A DNA stretch of 64,000 bases, taken from assembly GCA_002269645.1 (NCBI GenBank), contig NIVC01002014.1, positions 149,148 to 213,147 of the forward strand. Reading direction: 5' to 3'. Origin of the DNA: Macrostomum lignano. Taxonomy: Eukaryota. Numbering within the stretch: position 1 is the stretch's first letter; each line of letters opens with the position of its first letter. Made by a program: the position numbers and the translations under genes. Shown one piece after another: positions 44,801 through 56,852 of the stretch. The notes beneath the pieces were generated by a model that saw nothing but the letters and a program-made list of their open reading frames with translations, was not told the DNA's origin and ran no database searches.

Positions 44801-45892
44801 TCTGAAGATTAATTATAGATTTAGAGGCATCGCCAACGTGGGGGACAGGCGGGACATGTCCTAAAAGATCTGAGGGGGACATGCAAATGCTTTGTGACCC
44901 TCACCCCGCCTTGTGACCCGTTTATGGAAATCAATAGTTTTGCAGCAGGGCGACAAAATATACCGCCTGCGGCGCGAAAATGAAAGCCTGCGGCGCCAAA
45001 ATGAGTGCCCGCGGCGCTAAATTGAGTGCTGACAACACCACCGATTCTGAAAATGTAGGAATTTAGTATCTTTTAGCCCATGCATACAGTTCAATTCTCT
45101 TATCCAGCCCGGTGTGGTGCTCTAGATCTTAATAACAAAAAATTTAATGTCGTCGTGTCAACATTTGGAAATTGAAAATCTGTTACGTTCCCATATACAT
45201 ATGTTCCACCAAAACAAAAAAGTAAATACATCCCTAGACTGTAAACTGGCGCCCTAAACTCACAATTACCCCTTTTGATGCCCTAAATGGTGCACATTTA
45301 CGCATAGACACAAAAAATCGATATGCATGTACGAGCTACGTCCATAGTTTATAATGTAAATGTCTGTTTCTGTAATGACGTACAACTGTACTGCAGTACA
45401 TATACCGTATAGCACACATTTTCCATGGGTCTTTTGAAATTTCTGAGATAATTCTTTTTTGACTTTGCGTTAGTAGCAATTTTAATTGTCATTATGGCAT
45501 CTATGGTATTGTACTTTTCCAGAAGAAGGGCTTCAAGCCCTTTTAATTTCCTCTACTAAGGTTTCACGCAGCAACTGCCAGCCGTTCCATTGTTCTCAAT
45601 CCAATCCAGTTTGAGCTCACATTTGCTGCATGCTTTGCTTAAGCTGGGCTAGTATAGACTGAGTAAGCGACGAATGGGCAGTTGGTTTATAAATAGCGCA
45701 GAGTGCACTGAGGATCGAGTACACAGTTACAGTACTATATTGCACATCTGTCCGCATGTACGGAGGGCGGGTGATAAGAGCCCGCGTTTCAAGCAGGCCA
45801 AAAAGCGATTTCTACCGAGCTCGCACACCTGTCAGTTAATTCTGGCCAGCTTATTTGCAGTCTACAGCAGTTTAGCGAAGGATTTCAGTCAA

Positions 45893-48800
45893 ATGTCAGC
45901 GTTCGGAGGCGCGCAGCTGTCCTGCGATGTGGCCATCGTTGGCGCCGGTCTGTCCGGTTTATCGGCGGCTCAGCGGCTGCTGCAGGCGCGTCCGGACCTG
46001 CGCGTGCTGGTGCTGGAGGCTGCCGAAGACCGGGTGGGCGGCCGGACCCTCACCAAGCCGGTCCGATGCGCCGATGGCGAATCGCGAGGCTGGTGCTTCG
46101 GCGGCTCTCACATGGCGAAGTCGCACAGCAGAATGCTGCAGCTGGCCAAGTGAGTGGAGGGACTCTGCACTGGACTTTTGTAGCTCTTCTGTGCAATGTA
46201 CATGCGGTGCATCACGGTCCGATTCTTTAATAAGGCTAAGAAAACCGGGGTTTCTGATTAAAAAGTGGGCTCCTGACTCTTGAAGCGGGTTCCTGACTCT
46301 CAAAGCGGATTCCTGACTCTCAAAGCGGATTCCTGACTCTCAAAACGGGTTACTTGGCTCTCAAAGCGGGTTTCTTGGCTGTCAAAGCGGGTTCCTAACT
46401 CTCAAAGCGGGTTCCTGACTCTCAAAGCGGGTTTCTTGGCTCTCAAAGCGAGTTTCTGACTCTCAAAGCGGGTTTCTTGGCTCTCAAAGCGAGTTTCTGA
46501 CTCTCAAAGCGGGTTTCTTGGCTCTCAAAGCGGGTTTCTTGGCTCTCAAAGCGGGTTTCTTGGCTCTCAAAGCGAGCCTCTTGGCTCTCAAAGCGGTTCC
46601 TGACTCTCAAAGCGGTTCCTGACTCTCAAAGCGAGTTTCTTGGCTCTCAAAGCGGGTTTCTTGGCTCTCAAAGCGGGTTTCTTGGCTCTCAACTTCTTGG
46701 CTCTCAACTTCTTGGCTCTCAAAGCGAGCTTCTTGGCTCTCAAAGCGAGTTTCTGACTCTCAAAGCGGGTTCCTGACTCTCAAAGCGGGTTCCTGACTCT
46801 CAAAGCGGGTTCCTGACTCTCAAAGCGGGTTCCTGACTCTCAAAGCGAGTTTATTGACTCTCAAAGCGAGTTTCTTGGCTCTCAAAGCGAGTTTCTTGGC
46901 TCTCAAAGCGGGTTTCTTGGCTCTCAAAGCGAGTTTCTTGGCTCTCAAAGAGGGTTTCTGACTCTCAAAGCGGAAAGCGGGTTCCTGACTCTCAAAGCGG
47001 GTTCCTGACTTCGGACTCCTCAAACAGAGACTTCGGACTGACGGTCAGCGAGCAGCCCGAATCGGCCGGGAAGAACATCCTCGAGATCGGCGACACCATC
47101 GACAGGTACGAGGGCGAGACGCCGAACCTGGGCACACTGACGCTGCTGGATCTGGACAAGGGCATCAAGAGCCTGGACAAGCTGTCCAAGACCCTGATGG
47201 AGAGCAGACCCAGCTGGACGAATCTCGACGGCATGACACTGTCCAAGAAGATCGAGAAGGAGACGTGGCGCCAGGCCACCAGGCAGTGCCTGACGGCCAT
47301 CGCGGAGCCGTGCTTCGACGGTGAGCCGGACAGAATCTCCTGCCTGCAGGCGCTGCGGATCGCCAACTCGGCTGGCGGCTTCCTGGCGCTGCTGTCCGAT
47401 GGCAGCGAGCTCAGGATCGAGGAGGGCGCTCAGGTGAGTTTCCTGTCTTTTAGGTTGGCGTCCCTGTCTCTTGGTTGGCGCCCCTGTCTCTTAGGCTGGC
47501 GCCCCTGTCTCTTAGGCTGGCGCCCCTGTCTTTTAGGTTGGCGCCGCTGTCTCTTAGGTTGGCGCCGCTGTCTCTTAGGTTGGCGCCGTTGTCTCTTAGG
47601 TTGGCGCGACTGTCTCTTAGGTTGGCGCCGCTTTCTCTTAGGTTGGCGCCACTGTCTCTTAGGTTGGCGCCCCTGTCTCTTGGTTGGCGCCGCTGTCTCT
47701 TAGGTTGGCGCCGCTGTCTCTTAGGTTGGCGCCCCTGTCTCTTGGTTGGCGCCACTGTCTTTCAGGTGGCTGAACCGAATCTTGACTGAAGGCAATTTTA
47801 TAAAAGACACGTCAATAAGGTGTCTTAGGCAAGCAATTTTTAATATCCTACAGGCGGTCTGCACAGCCCTGGCCGAGCGCATCGGGTCCGACCGAGTTCT
47901 CCTCAGCCGGGAGTTGATGCAGGTGTCGGCCACAGAGGACGAAGTCCGCCTGACCGTCCGCTCCGGCGAAGAGGTGACCGCCAGCTATGCGGTAAGTGCT
48001 CGAGAATTGATCCTGCACACTGTGATCCTGCACACTGTGATCCTGCACACTGTGATCCTGCACACTGTGATCCTGCACACTGTGATCCTGCACACTGTGA
48101 TCCTGCACACTGTGATCCTGCACACTGTGATCCTGCACACTGTGATCCTGCACACTGTGATCCTGCACACTGTGATCCTGCACACTGTGATCCTGCACAC
48201 TGTGATCCTGCACACTGTGATCCTGCACACTGTGATCCTGCACACTGTGATCCTGCACACTGTGATCCTGCACACTGTGATCCTGCACACTGTGATCCTG
48301 CACACTGTGATCCTGCACACTGTGATCCTGCACACTGTGATCCTGCACACTGTGATCCTGCACACTGTGATCCTGCACACTGTGATCCTGCACACTGTGA
48401 TCCTGCACACTGTGATCCTGCACACTGTGATCCTGCACACTGTGATCTTGCACACTGAGTAGAGTATTTCTTTGATATTTCACCGCTAATTCCCAAAGCA
48501 CCAGGGCTTGATTAACTCTGACACCTGAGCAGGCGGTTTGGAATCCCCAATGAACAGGTGCTCACTCCGCCCCTGGCAGTCCTGTCTCGCATTCGCTTCT
48601 CGCCCGAGCTTCCTGCTCCGAAGCGAGGCCTCATCGAAGCTGCCGGCTCGTTCGCAGCCTCACCCGGCTGGATGACCTCCGCTGTCACCGCGGTGCTGAC
48701 CTACCCGACCGCGTTCTGGCGCAGTCAGGGCTGCAGTGGAGACATCCTGTCGCACCTGGGCAGCCCGGTGCCCGGCAGCGCCATGCCGGTGGCGCCGATC

Positions 48801-49211
48801 GCCCTGGCCGGCGAGGTCACCTCTCCAGACGGTCGCCAGCCAGCCCTGATGGTGGCCACCGGGTACACCACCGAGCACAGCTGGCCCAACGCCGAGGCCC
48901 GTCGGGCGGACATCCTGTCGCACCTGGCCCGCTTCTTCCCCAGGCCGGAGGTGGACGGCTACGTGGATTACGTGGAGCACGACTGGGGCGCCAGCCCGAC
49001 CGGGGCGAGCCCGCTGCCGCCCGGCGCCGCTGTCGGCCTCTGCGACTCGACGGGGCTGCTGCAGCCAACCGGGCGGCTGCACTTCGCTGGCGCGGACTTC
49101 GCCACCGAGTGGATCGGCACCATGGAGGGAGCGGTGCAGAGCGCCAGAGAGCGACCGATGAGGTGCTGCGGAGGCTGGCGGCTTGACTCCGAACAATACA
49201 AAATCCACTGA
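45893..49211 (+). CDS. Flavin-dependent amine oxidase (MAO-like family), ~476-484 aa
   Basis: Exons 45893-46149, 47028-47433, 47854-47991, 48558-49211 (phases match). VAIVGAGLSGLSAA (GxGxxG), LEA..DRVGGRT, RIRFSPELP, GRLHFAG...GTMEGAVQS. An apparent 1-nt deletion near 49143 hides a canonical ending that would stop at 49186. Confidence 0.9.
46270..47010. repeat. Intronic 20-21-bp repeat CTCTCAAAGCGGGTT(CCTGA/TCTTGG)
   Basis: Amine oxidase intron 1. Confidence 0.95.
47445..47765. repeat. Intronic 21-bp repeat CTGTCTCTTAGGTTGGCGCCC
   Basis: Amine oxidase intron 2. Confidence 0.95.
48009..48457. repeat. Near-perfect 15-bp repeat GATCCTGCACACTGT x30
   Basis: Amine oxidase intron 3; only the last copy differs. 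Confidence 0.97.
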
Positions 49212-50871
49212 GAATGTAAAAATGTGACAATACAGTAACGAGCTTACTCCACAACAGCATCATTGGTTCCTTTAGTACGACGTAGACACAATCGAATCAA
49301 TGTAAAATGCAATTTCACTATCCTAGAATATCAGCCTCTTAGATTTTCAGGTTCACTGTTTTAGCTGTCTAAAATGTATTACCAAGTGGTGTGCTTCGGC
49401 TAACACCCGTTACGATACAAAAGCTCAGCCAGATGAATTCGAATGGACTGTCTTGGAGGACTTGCTTATTGACGTCTTTGTGTGCCTGCGTTGCTCCGTT
49501 CTGACGCAGGAAAAATGTTCTTGAGGTTTGGAAATCCCCAGCAAAAAGTTAGCTGCATTCTAAAAATGTAACAAATATATTTGGATTCCTCAATTAGATT
49601 TTGCTAATCCGTTTCATATAATCCTCTCTTTTATCACCCCCTCATGCTGGCACCTCGTCAAGGACCTTTGGTAGGTAGACAAGATACGACTCTGTACTGA
49701 GTTTACCGACTCTCTCATCTACATGTATTTATTGTAGGTACAGTGGTACACCCCAATAATCATGACGCAACTCATGCTCAAATTCACTCGATGCAGGACT
49801 TTTATTTTCGAAAATATCAGTGCCGGGAGACCCCCGACGCTAATGCGTTTGCTTGAGGGCCACTTGCAGAGATGCAGCTCAGACGTTGGAAAGAATTTTT
49901 TTTCTATTAAAGTACGAAAAATTGGCAATGCGACCAGTAACTTCCCCTTCGCCTAACCATAAGACAGACGGATGGGATTTTTCATTCACTCTGCCAAGCT
50001 AAATGGAAAAAATCTTTCTCTATGGGTTTTTCACGACAGACGTTCTTGATCGACGAATAGAACCCACGTCTCCTTCATCCGTGAATGCAACACACTATTA
50101 ATGCTACGATATTTTCTTACACAAAATCCCACAGTGAAAGATAAACAAAATTAAACAATTTTCAGAGGAGAGACTGTTCGGAAAGAGAATACGGGCCCGT
50201 TCTATTGATATAAAGCCATCGTAAGATGAGATCGTTCTTAGCTCCCATCTCCGCAGTGTAAAAGTTCCGGCGTACGATCCAACTTACGCAACGACAGATT
50301 TCTAGCTCGTAGTACGCCCCCTAAATGTTTGTGTAGGGAGTGTGTATTTTTACTTAATTCAATGAAAAAACAATGGAGTTTCTGCGAACTGAGTTGGAAA
50401 TTACTATAATAGTATGGTATTGCGCAACAGAATTAAGAACTGTATGACAACGGGAATTCTGCTTAAATTGACCACAATAGGAAACTTGAAGTTATTAAGT
50501 CGCTGAGGCCTCTTAACTCGCCGTTTCTTTTTTTATTCCAAGTACTAAGTCACTAATTGTCTCACTGCCAAATGATCTTTCCTGTTTTTCTGATATCCCC
50601 AACTCAACTAACTCAGTTTGGGATAGAATTTCGGGATACTCCAAAACGCTTGTATTTGGAATCGTGTGTAAGAGCGTATTCTAGCGAGAGAAACAGAGAA
50701 TCCGAGCGAGAGAGTGAAGAAATGTGGGGGAAAAATCGTAGTGAATTTATAGGCACAGTGCGGAGGTGAGGAGAGTGTGCGCGAGGCAGACAGCCTAACA
50801 AATTATAGTTTAATTTTTTAAACAGTTCGAGTTCCCGTTGCCGTTTAGGACCCGAGAACCGGCAGTATGTC

Positions 50872-51866
50872 TCAGTTGGTCTGTAAATGAGAGTTGAGTT
50901 GTTCATCGGCATGCAATAGGGAATCGAGGAACAGGAGATAGCATCTACACAGCATTTTCTACTTGGGCGGTAAAGACTACACTGATCACAAACGAGTGGG
51001 CATGCACTCTCTCGCAAATCTCATTGAATTGCTTATCGTTCAGTCAGAGTATGAAGTCAGCCGTCATGATTTTAACTTGCACTAAAGCCCAGTGCCAATA
51101 AATTCTGTTTGAAAAAAAAACAAATTAAGCTAACGACCATAATCGGAGTTTTGGGCCAAGAGTGCCAGACCTTATCGCAAATTGTAAACCAGGAGTAAAG
51201 CTGAATGATTCTAAATGATGAAGGAATCTTACCATGGCACCGCCGCGAAAAATCAAGACGAACAGCACCATCGCAATGACGCCCATTATTCCAGCGTCAA
51301 GTCCGGCCTTGAACTGCCACGGCAGCTGCGCCTTCTCTGTCAAAACTCTCTGTATGCTCTCAGTAGAATTCCAGCAGTTGCTGCAGAGCCAGTTGTAGTC
51401 TTTACCACTCGCTTCCAGCAGCTGCATCAGCGTGACGTCAGTGTTTTTGATCTTTACTGGCCTGACAACCCGGAAGTTAGGAGGCAGATTCCAGCTGATC
51501 TTCACAATGCGGCTGCCTTTTTCGCCACCGATGCGGTGCAGCTCCTCCATGTGATCCGGCGCTACGCCTGTTCGTAAATGGTTCAGTAATTGTTGCAGAA
51601 CGAGGATATATTTGTAAGTTCTATCCACTATACTACTATGTATTATGTCAATTATCACAGTTGCAACAGTCAAGCACTTTTAGGGGCCACAATGGGCAGC
51701 ACTCACCCTTTTCGATCAGGTATTTTTGGCCATCGGCTGTGGTGACCACGCACCCCTCATGAGGAACTTTGTGGCCGGACGCTTGGTCCGGTCGCTTGGT
51801 ATTGAGTGGTCGCTCGACAACCACGAATTCAACGACTATCTTCTGCAGCTCGTCATGCGCGGTCAT
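50872..51866 (-). CDS. Permuted papain-like (PPPDE/LRAT-type NlpC/P60) protein with C-terminal hydrophobic anchor, 167 aa
   Basis: Exons 51866-51707, 51567-51233, 50880-50872. PHEGCVVTTADGQKYLIEKG (His box), DYNWLCSNCW (NC box), GIMGVIAMVLFVLIF (hydrophobic tail). The family call rests on motif order. Confidence 0.62.
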
Positions 51867-52623
51867 AATTGCGAGGAATTTGTATTGTTTCTTTACTTTC
51901 TGCTGCTGTAGTATGGAGCTGTGAAAGTAGCCGAGCGCGCTCCTAAACTGGTTAATTTAACAAGCCATTTATCATTAGGTTAACTCTCTAATAACAAGGA
52001 ACTTACTCATCGACTGGTGTCCGCTGCAGACCAAGCACCCTGGCATTACTGTACAGTTAGATTGCGCACTTCAATACGCGCGCGGGATTGTACACTGTCC
52101 AAAATGTACTTAGTGAACTGTCTGGGCTTGAATGTAATTTCAGCTAGTATGAATTGTACACTCACTGTTCAAAAGGTAGGAGAAGGTGGAAGTTCACTTC
52201 TTTTTCTCCTTGTTTTCTCAGCATATGGTACAGTGCAATGCCTAATCTTCATCTACAATCTACATGTATGACCTAAGTCTGTGCTCAATCCGAATTATTT
52301 CAGCCTTGCGTCGAATTGGCTTTGATGTGCGAGTTGCACCCGTTTTATTTAACGGACGGACTGTTCGGACGCTACTGGCTTAAGACATTTTCTTAAGACA
52401 TATTTGACGCATGAAAAAAAGTTTTCTACTGTTGGTAAATGGAGCGCTGCTTCTTAATAATTTTGTTTATTCGTTAGGTATGGATAAATAAGAGGGAAAC
52501 AGATAATCGCAGACAGGGCTCGCACAAATTTGAGTGAGACCTGCATTAGTACTGCAGTTTTATTAAACAATAAAGCGGCAAAGAACCATTCATTTTAAAA
52601 AGCTTCCCTGGGGACCGCATTAA

Positions 52624-52984
52624 AGGGCCCTGTCAACTCATAAAGTAGAGCCCGAGTAACCTATGCACACAAATGATACAGTATGTCATTCTGCTCACAA
52701 TGACACTAGGAAGCTAGTTTTGGAAAAATAGCAACGAAAATTTGACTTGGGATAGGGTAAAACAAGCAAAAGCTGATAATAGTGACTCTACTTTATGAGC
52801 TTAAGTTGACTTAATATTAAATAGTTCCTTAATTATCCCCTTACTTATTCTTCCAAGTCCAATTTTGTCGCTTTTTTGCCAAACCCAGCTTCCTAGTGTC
52901 ATTGTGAGCTGAATGGCATACTGTATCATTTGTGTGCATAGGTTACTCGGGCTCCACTTTATGAGCTTAAGCTGACAGGCCCCT
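52624..52984. mobile_element. Kolobok-type MITE with long TIRs
   Basis: TTAA on both sides (52620-52623, 52985-52988); ends AGGGCCCTGTC / GACAGGCCCCT; ~130-bp inverted arms (CTCATAAAGT.GAGCCCGAGTAACCTATGCACACAAATGATACAGTATG...). Confidence 0.85.
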
Positions 52985-53542
52985 TTAAACCGATGGCGAC
53001 TGTTGGGAAAAGTTTGCTTTCATTCAAGTGACGAAAATTTGCAACAAAACCCAGGGATTTCCCCTTCAATTTACTAACCAAAATCTTAACTTTTATAAAT
53101 TTTAGCACCCGTGCGGACTGGACTGTATGTTGCGGATTTTTGACACGATAAAAACGTGGAGTTAACTGTTTGTTTGTGGTTCTTCCTCCGTAGACAGTTA
53201 CCCCAGTTTAATTATCGTATGAGAACAAATATAAAGAGAAAAGACCTAGAGATTTGGGAGCTGACTAAAAAACGTCTAAGAGATTTTGGTCATAACAAAA
53301 TTGCGTAATCAGACAACATTCAGAGACAAAAAAGGAATCCCTCCGAGTATGAGTGGGCCGAATGTATTCTTAACGATGATATAACTTGGATACAAATCCT
53401 ATATACTAAAATTGAATCTATGCTAGTAGTGACAAAAACGAGGGTTTTCAGTTTAAAGTAAGTTAAACAGCTTTGTTTAAACAGTTAGAGTTCCCGCTGC
53501 CGTTTAGGACCCGATCGAGAAAGCCGGCGGAGTCCCGGTGTC

Positions 53543-55937
53543 TCACCGGCGCTGTAAATGAGAGTTGAAGTTGTTCAGCGGCATGCAATTGGGAATCGAG
53601 AAACAGGGGATACCGTCTACAGAACATTTGCTGCCTTATTCACATCACTCTCTCTCCCGAACTTCTTCGTCAGCCAGTGTGCACACTATGAAGCTCTTGG
53701 GTCGGCTCTCATGAATGACTAATTGCACTAAGCCCCATTGACAAAATTCGTAGGAAAGCCAACCTTGGGTACTTTGAGAATGATGTAAGCACTTCTCTAG
53801 CCAAATTCGACATTTAGTGACTGTGAAATCTTACCGCGAAAAAGCTGAAAAACCCGACCACAATGGATCTAATTCCGGCCTGTGACTGCCACGACAACTG
53901 CGACTCCCCTGTCACAACTCTCTTCATGCTCTCAGTAGCATTCCAGCAGTTGCTGCAGAGACTGCTGTAGACTTCTCCGCTCGCCTCCAGCAGCTGCATC
54001 AGCGTGACGTCAGTGCGTTTGATCTTTATTGGTTTGACAATCCGGAAGTTAAGAGGCAGCTCCTTGCCTATCTTGACAATGCGGCTGCCCTTTTCGCCAC
54101 CGATGCGGTGCAGCTCCTCCATGTGGTCCGGCGCTACGCCTGTTCGTCAGTGTTTTGTTAAATTTTTAAAACCAAGATAATTTGGACAGTTTTATCCATT
54201 ATTTATTTATTTATCACAGTTGCAACAGTCAAGCAGTTTAGAGGCCACAATATGCAGCACTCACCCTTTTCGATCAGGTACTTTTGACCATCGGCGGTGG
54301 TGACCACGCACCCCTCATGAGGAAATTTGTAGCCGGACGTTTTGTCCGATCGCTTGGTACTGAGTGGTCGCTCGACAACCACGAATTCAACGACTGTCTT
54401 ATGCAGCTCCATAAATATAAGCAACTGCATCAGAGAGATGTTGATACGTTTGACATTTTTTTCTTCGACGACCTCGAAGCCAGAAGGCAGCCTTTTACCG
54501 ATGTCTACGATGCGTATTTCACCAATGCGATGCAACTCTTTCATTTGGTCCGGCGCTACGCCTGTTCGTTAATGATTCATTAAATTTTATAAAAAATAGT
54601 TTGTTTTAGATTTAGTTGGTTCCTATCAGTAATAGCAACAAAAATACGCTGACACTCAGTTAAAAAATTCTGCGTCACAGGGCGCATCTCAGAGCCAGGG
54701 CGCGAACGTAGTCCGGGCCACCAGGGGACCGTAGCCTGGTGTGGTCCAGCGCGGCGCTCTTACATGCCCGCGGACCAGACTCAATTCCAAATGCAGTAGT
54801 CACAAGGAATGTATTGTTAGGCCTAAATTTGAATCTCGGCTTGGCTGTGTTCGTGCAATTAATGTCTAGACGTTCAACTCCCAAGGCCCAGTGAAGTGTA
54901 CTTTCCTAACGATAAATAAAGTTAGAGCCTCTCTACACTCCTGTTTGAGTGTGTGCCTGGACGTCTGACATCGACGTACGACGTAGTTCGTCAGGGCGCC
55001 TGTCGGAGTGTGACAGGGCGCCCAAGCTTCAGCCTCTAATAAAAAGTCCGTCAGCGCCTCCGCGTAAAATTTTTAATTTGATGTCGCCCGGCGCACAGAG
55101 CCCGATGGACTTCTCAGTGTTGATCACAAGCCCGACAATCGACTCTACAGCGACCAGTCGGTCGACCAGTCAGCAAACAGTTGAGGACAGCAGGGCGAGA
55201 TCGTCGGCGTAGCCTAACAGGCTGAGCCGTCTCTACGGTTGGCGTCGACCCACGCTTCGCCGCAGCAGAAAGCCGCCATTGGTCGGAGAGAGCAGTCCGC
55301 AGCACCCAGTCAAGCAGCAGAACAAACAGGAACGGCACGAACTTATTTCTTCGGGTCGCGGCATTTACTTGCACCGATGTCCAAACAAGTTAAGACGAAC
55401 ATCATCAATAATAATATTTATCATCATCACAGTTGCTACATTCAAGCAATTTAGAGATTAAATTTTGCAGTGGCTTTTACTCACCCTCTTCGAACAGGTA
55501 CTTTTCGCCGTCCGAGGTGGTGACCACAAATCCTTTATAATGACCTTTGTAGCCGGACATTGGGTCCGGTTCGGGAGTTGTTCCTCCCTGCCTGGCAGAT
55601 TCCAGAAAATATGATAGGAACTTATAATAATCGGAATCTAAAAATAGTTCGCCAAATAAATTATGTCAAAATAATCACAGTTGCTACATTCAAGCAATCT
55701 AGAGATTAAAATTTTGCTGTAGCTCTTACCCTCTTCGATACTTGGCCATCCATACTTATAATGATCTTTGTAGCCGTACATTGGGCGAGGGAAATGATGC
55801 TCCTGCCAATACCGGTAATTATCATAGAAACCTAAAAATGGTTGGCCAGATAAATGTGGTTCATCCCGTTTATGCTCTGAAGGCTTAACGGACGCAATTT
55901 TAACGACTGTCTTCTGTAGCTCGGCAGACATGGCCAT
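53543..55937 (-). CDS. Second, internally rearranged member of the permuted papain-like family (~323 aa if all exons are used)
   Basis: Candidate exons 55937-55730, 55637-55485, 54561-54265, 54139-53835, 53551-53543 are all in compatible phase and open. There are three His-box-type modules but one NC box (YSSLCSNCW). It could instead be two decayed copies. Confidence 0.5.
54675..55380 (-). mobile_element. Decayed RTE-like non-LTR retrotransposon RT fragment
   Basis: PFLFVLLLDWVLRTAL, then in a shifted frame LGYADDLALLS...VGLVINTEKS (YADD at 55200-55211); stops and frameshifts are present. Confidence 0.8.
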
Positions 55938-56852
55938 AATTATTACGAGTAAAAATACTAGAGCCCTAGGAGTAAGTGATCGCGCTTGTAAACTGGTTAA
56001 TTTAACAAGCCATTTATCCTTAGCTTTACTGCCTAATAATATGATACTTACTCATCGAGTAACGCGTACTGCAACCCACGTCACTCTTGCGTTACTGCTC
56101 ACAATGGGATGTACAATTGCTGTAAGTGGGCAATCTTCAATACGTGCGCGGGACCGTACTCTGTCCAGAAGTGAACTCGATGAAGTGTTTGGGCTTGGAT
56201 GCTGAGGGCTCAGTGCACACGTAAATGCCAAGTGCACGGTGTAAAATACTCGTAGATGCATTGCCGTACACTCACTGTCCAAAATGGTAGCAGAAAGTGG
56301 AAGTTTACTTTTTTCGTTATTCTTGTTTTCTCAGCATCTGGTAAAGTGCAACATCGAATCTTCGTCTACTCATGCAGCCCTCCTAGCTGCCATGCGCTTA
56401 ATTCGAATTAATGCGTAGTCGCGTGCAATCGAATTTGATGCGAGAGTCGCACACGTTTCGTCTTCGCTGCTCAGTCTCACAGGCAGCTATGGAAGAGATG
56501 TTGCGATGAAAATTGCTGCTTGCTCAAACAAAAACTGACACTACTAAAATAGCAAAACTGTTCGGCAAATTCAGATCAAAGATGGCGGCGGCAAAATACA
56601 AAGGAAAAATTTTCCGCTGATGCTGGTTTGCCTCGCTGCTGGGACTGGCAGCCACGAGCAAAAAAGATGCAATCACTGAATTCTCAGAAGCACCGCTTTC
56701 GCCTAAAATCTACCCCATTCCGGCTGCTCAATCGATGCAGCGATACCAATCGTTTCATCATTATTTTTCAGCATAAATGCATCGATTCTTTCCTGAAATC
56801 CCCAGCTACAAACCAACTGAGAACAGCAGAGTCTCCAAAATATCCGCTCACA

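Noticed and set aside
44825-45290. MITE-like fragment (GGGGACA...GGGACATGTCC; CGCCTGCGGCG repeats)
   Set aside because: No matching second terminus or TSD was found.
50613-51017. 134-aa Cys-rich ORF as a third coding exon of the papain-like gene
   Set aside because: The paralogous region (53470-53700) has frame-breaking indels. The shared feature is an acceptor (CTCTCATTTACAG) followed by two codons and a stop.
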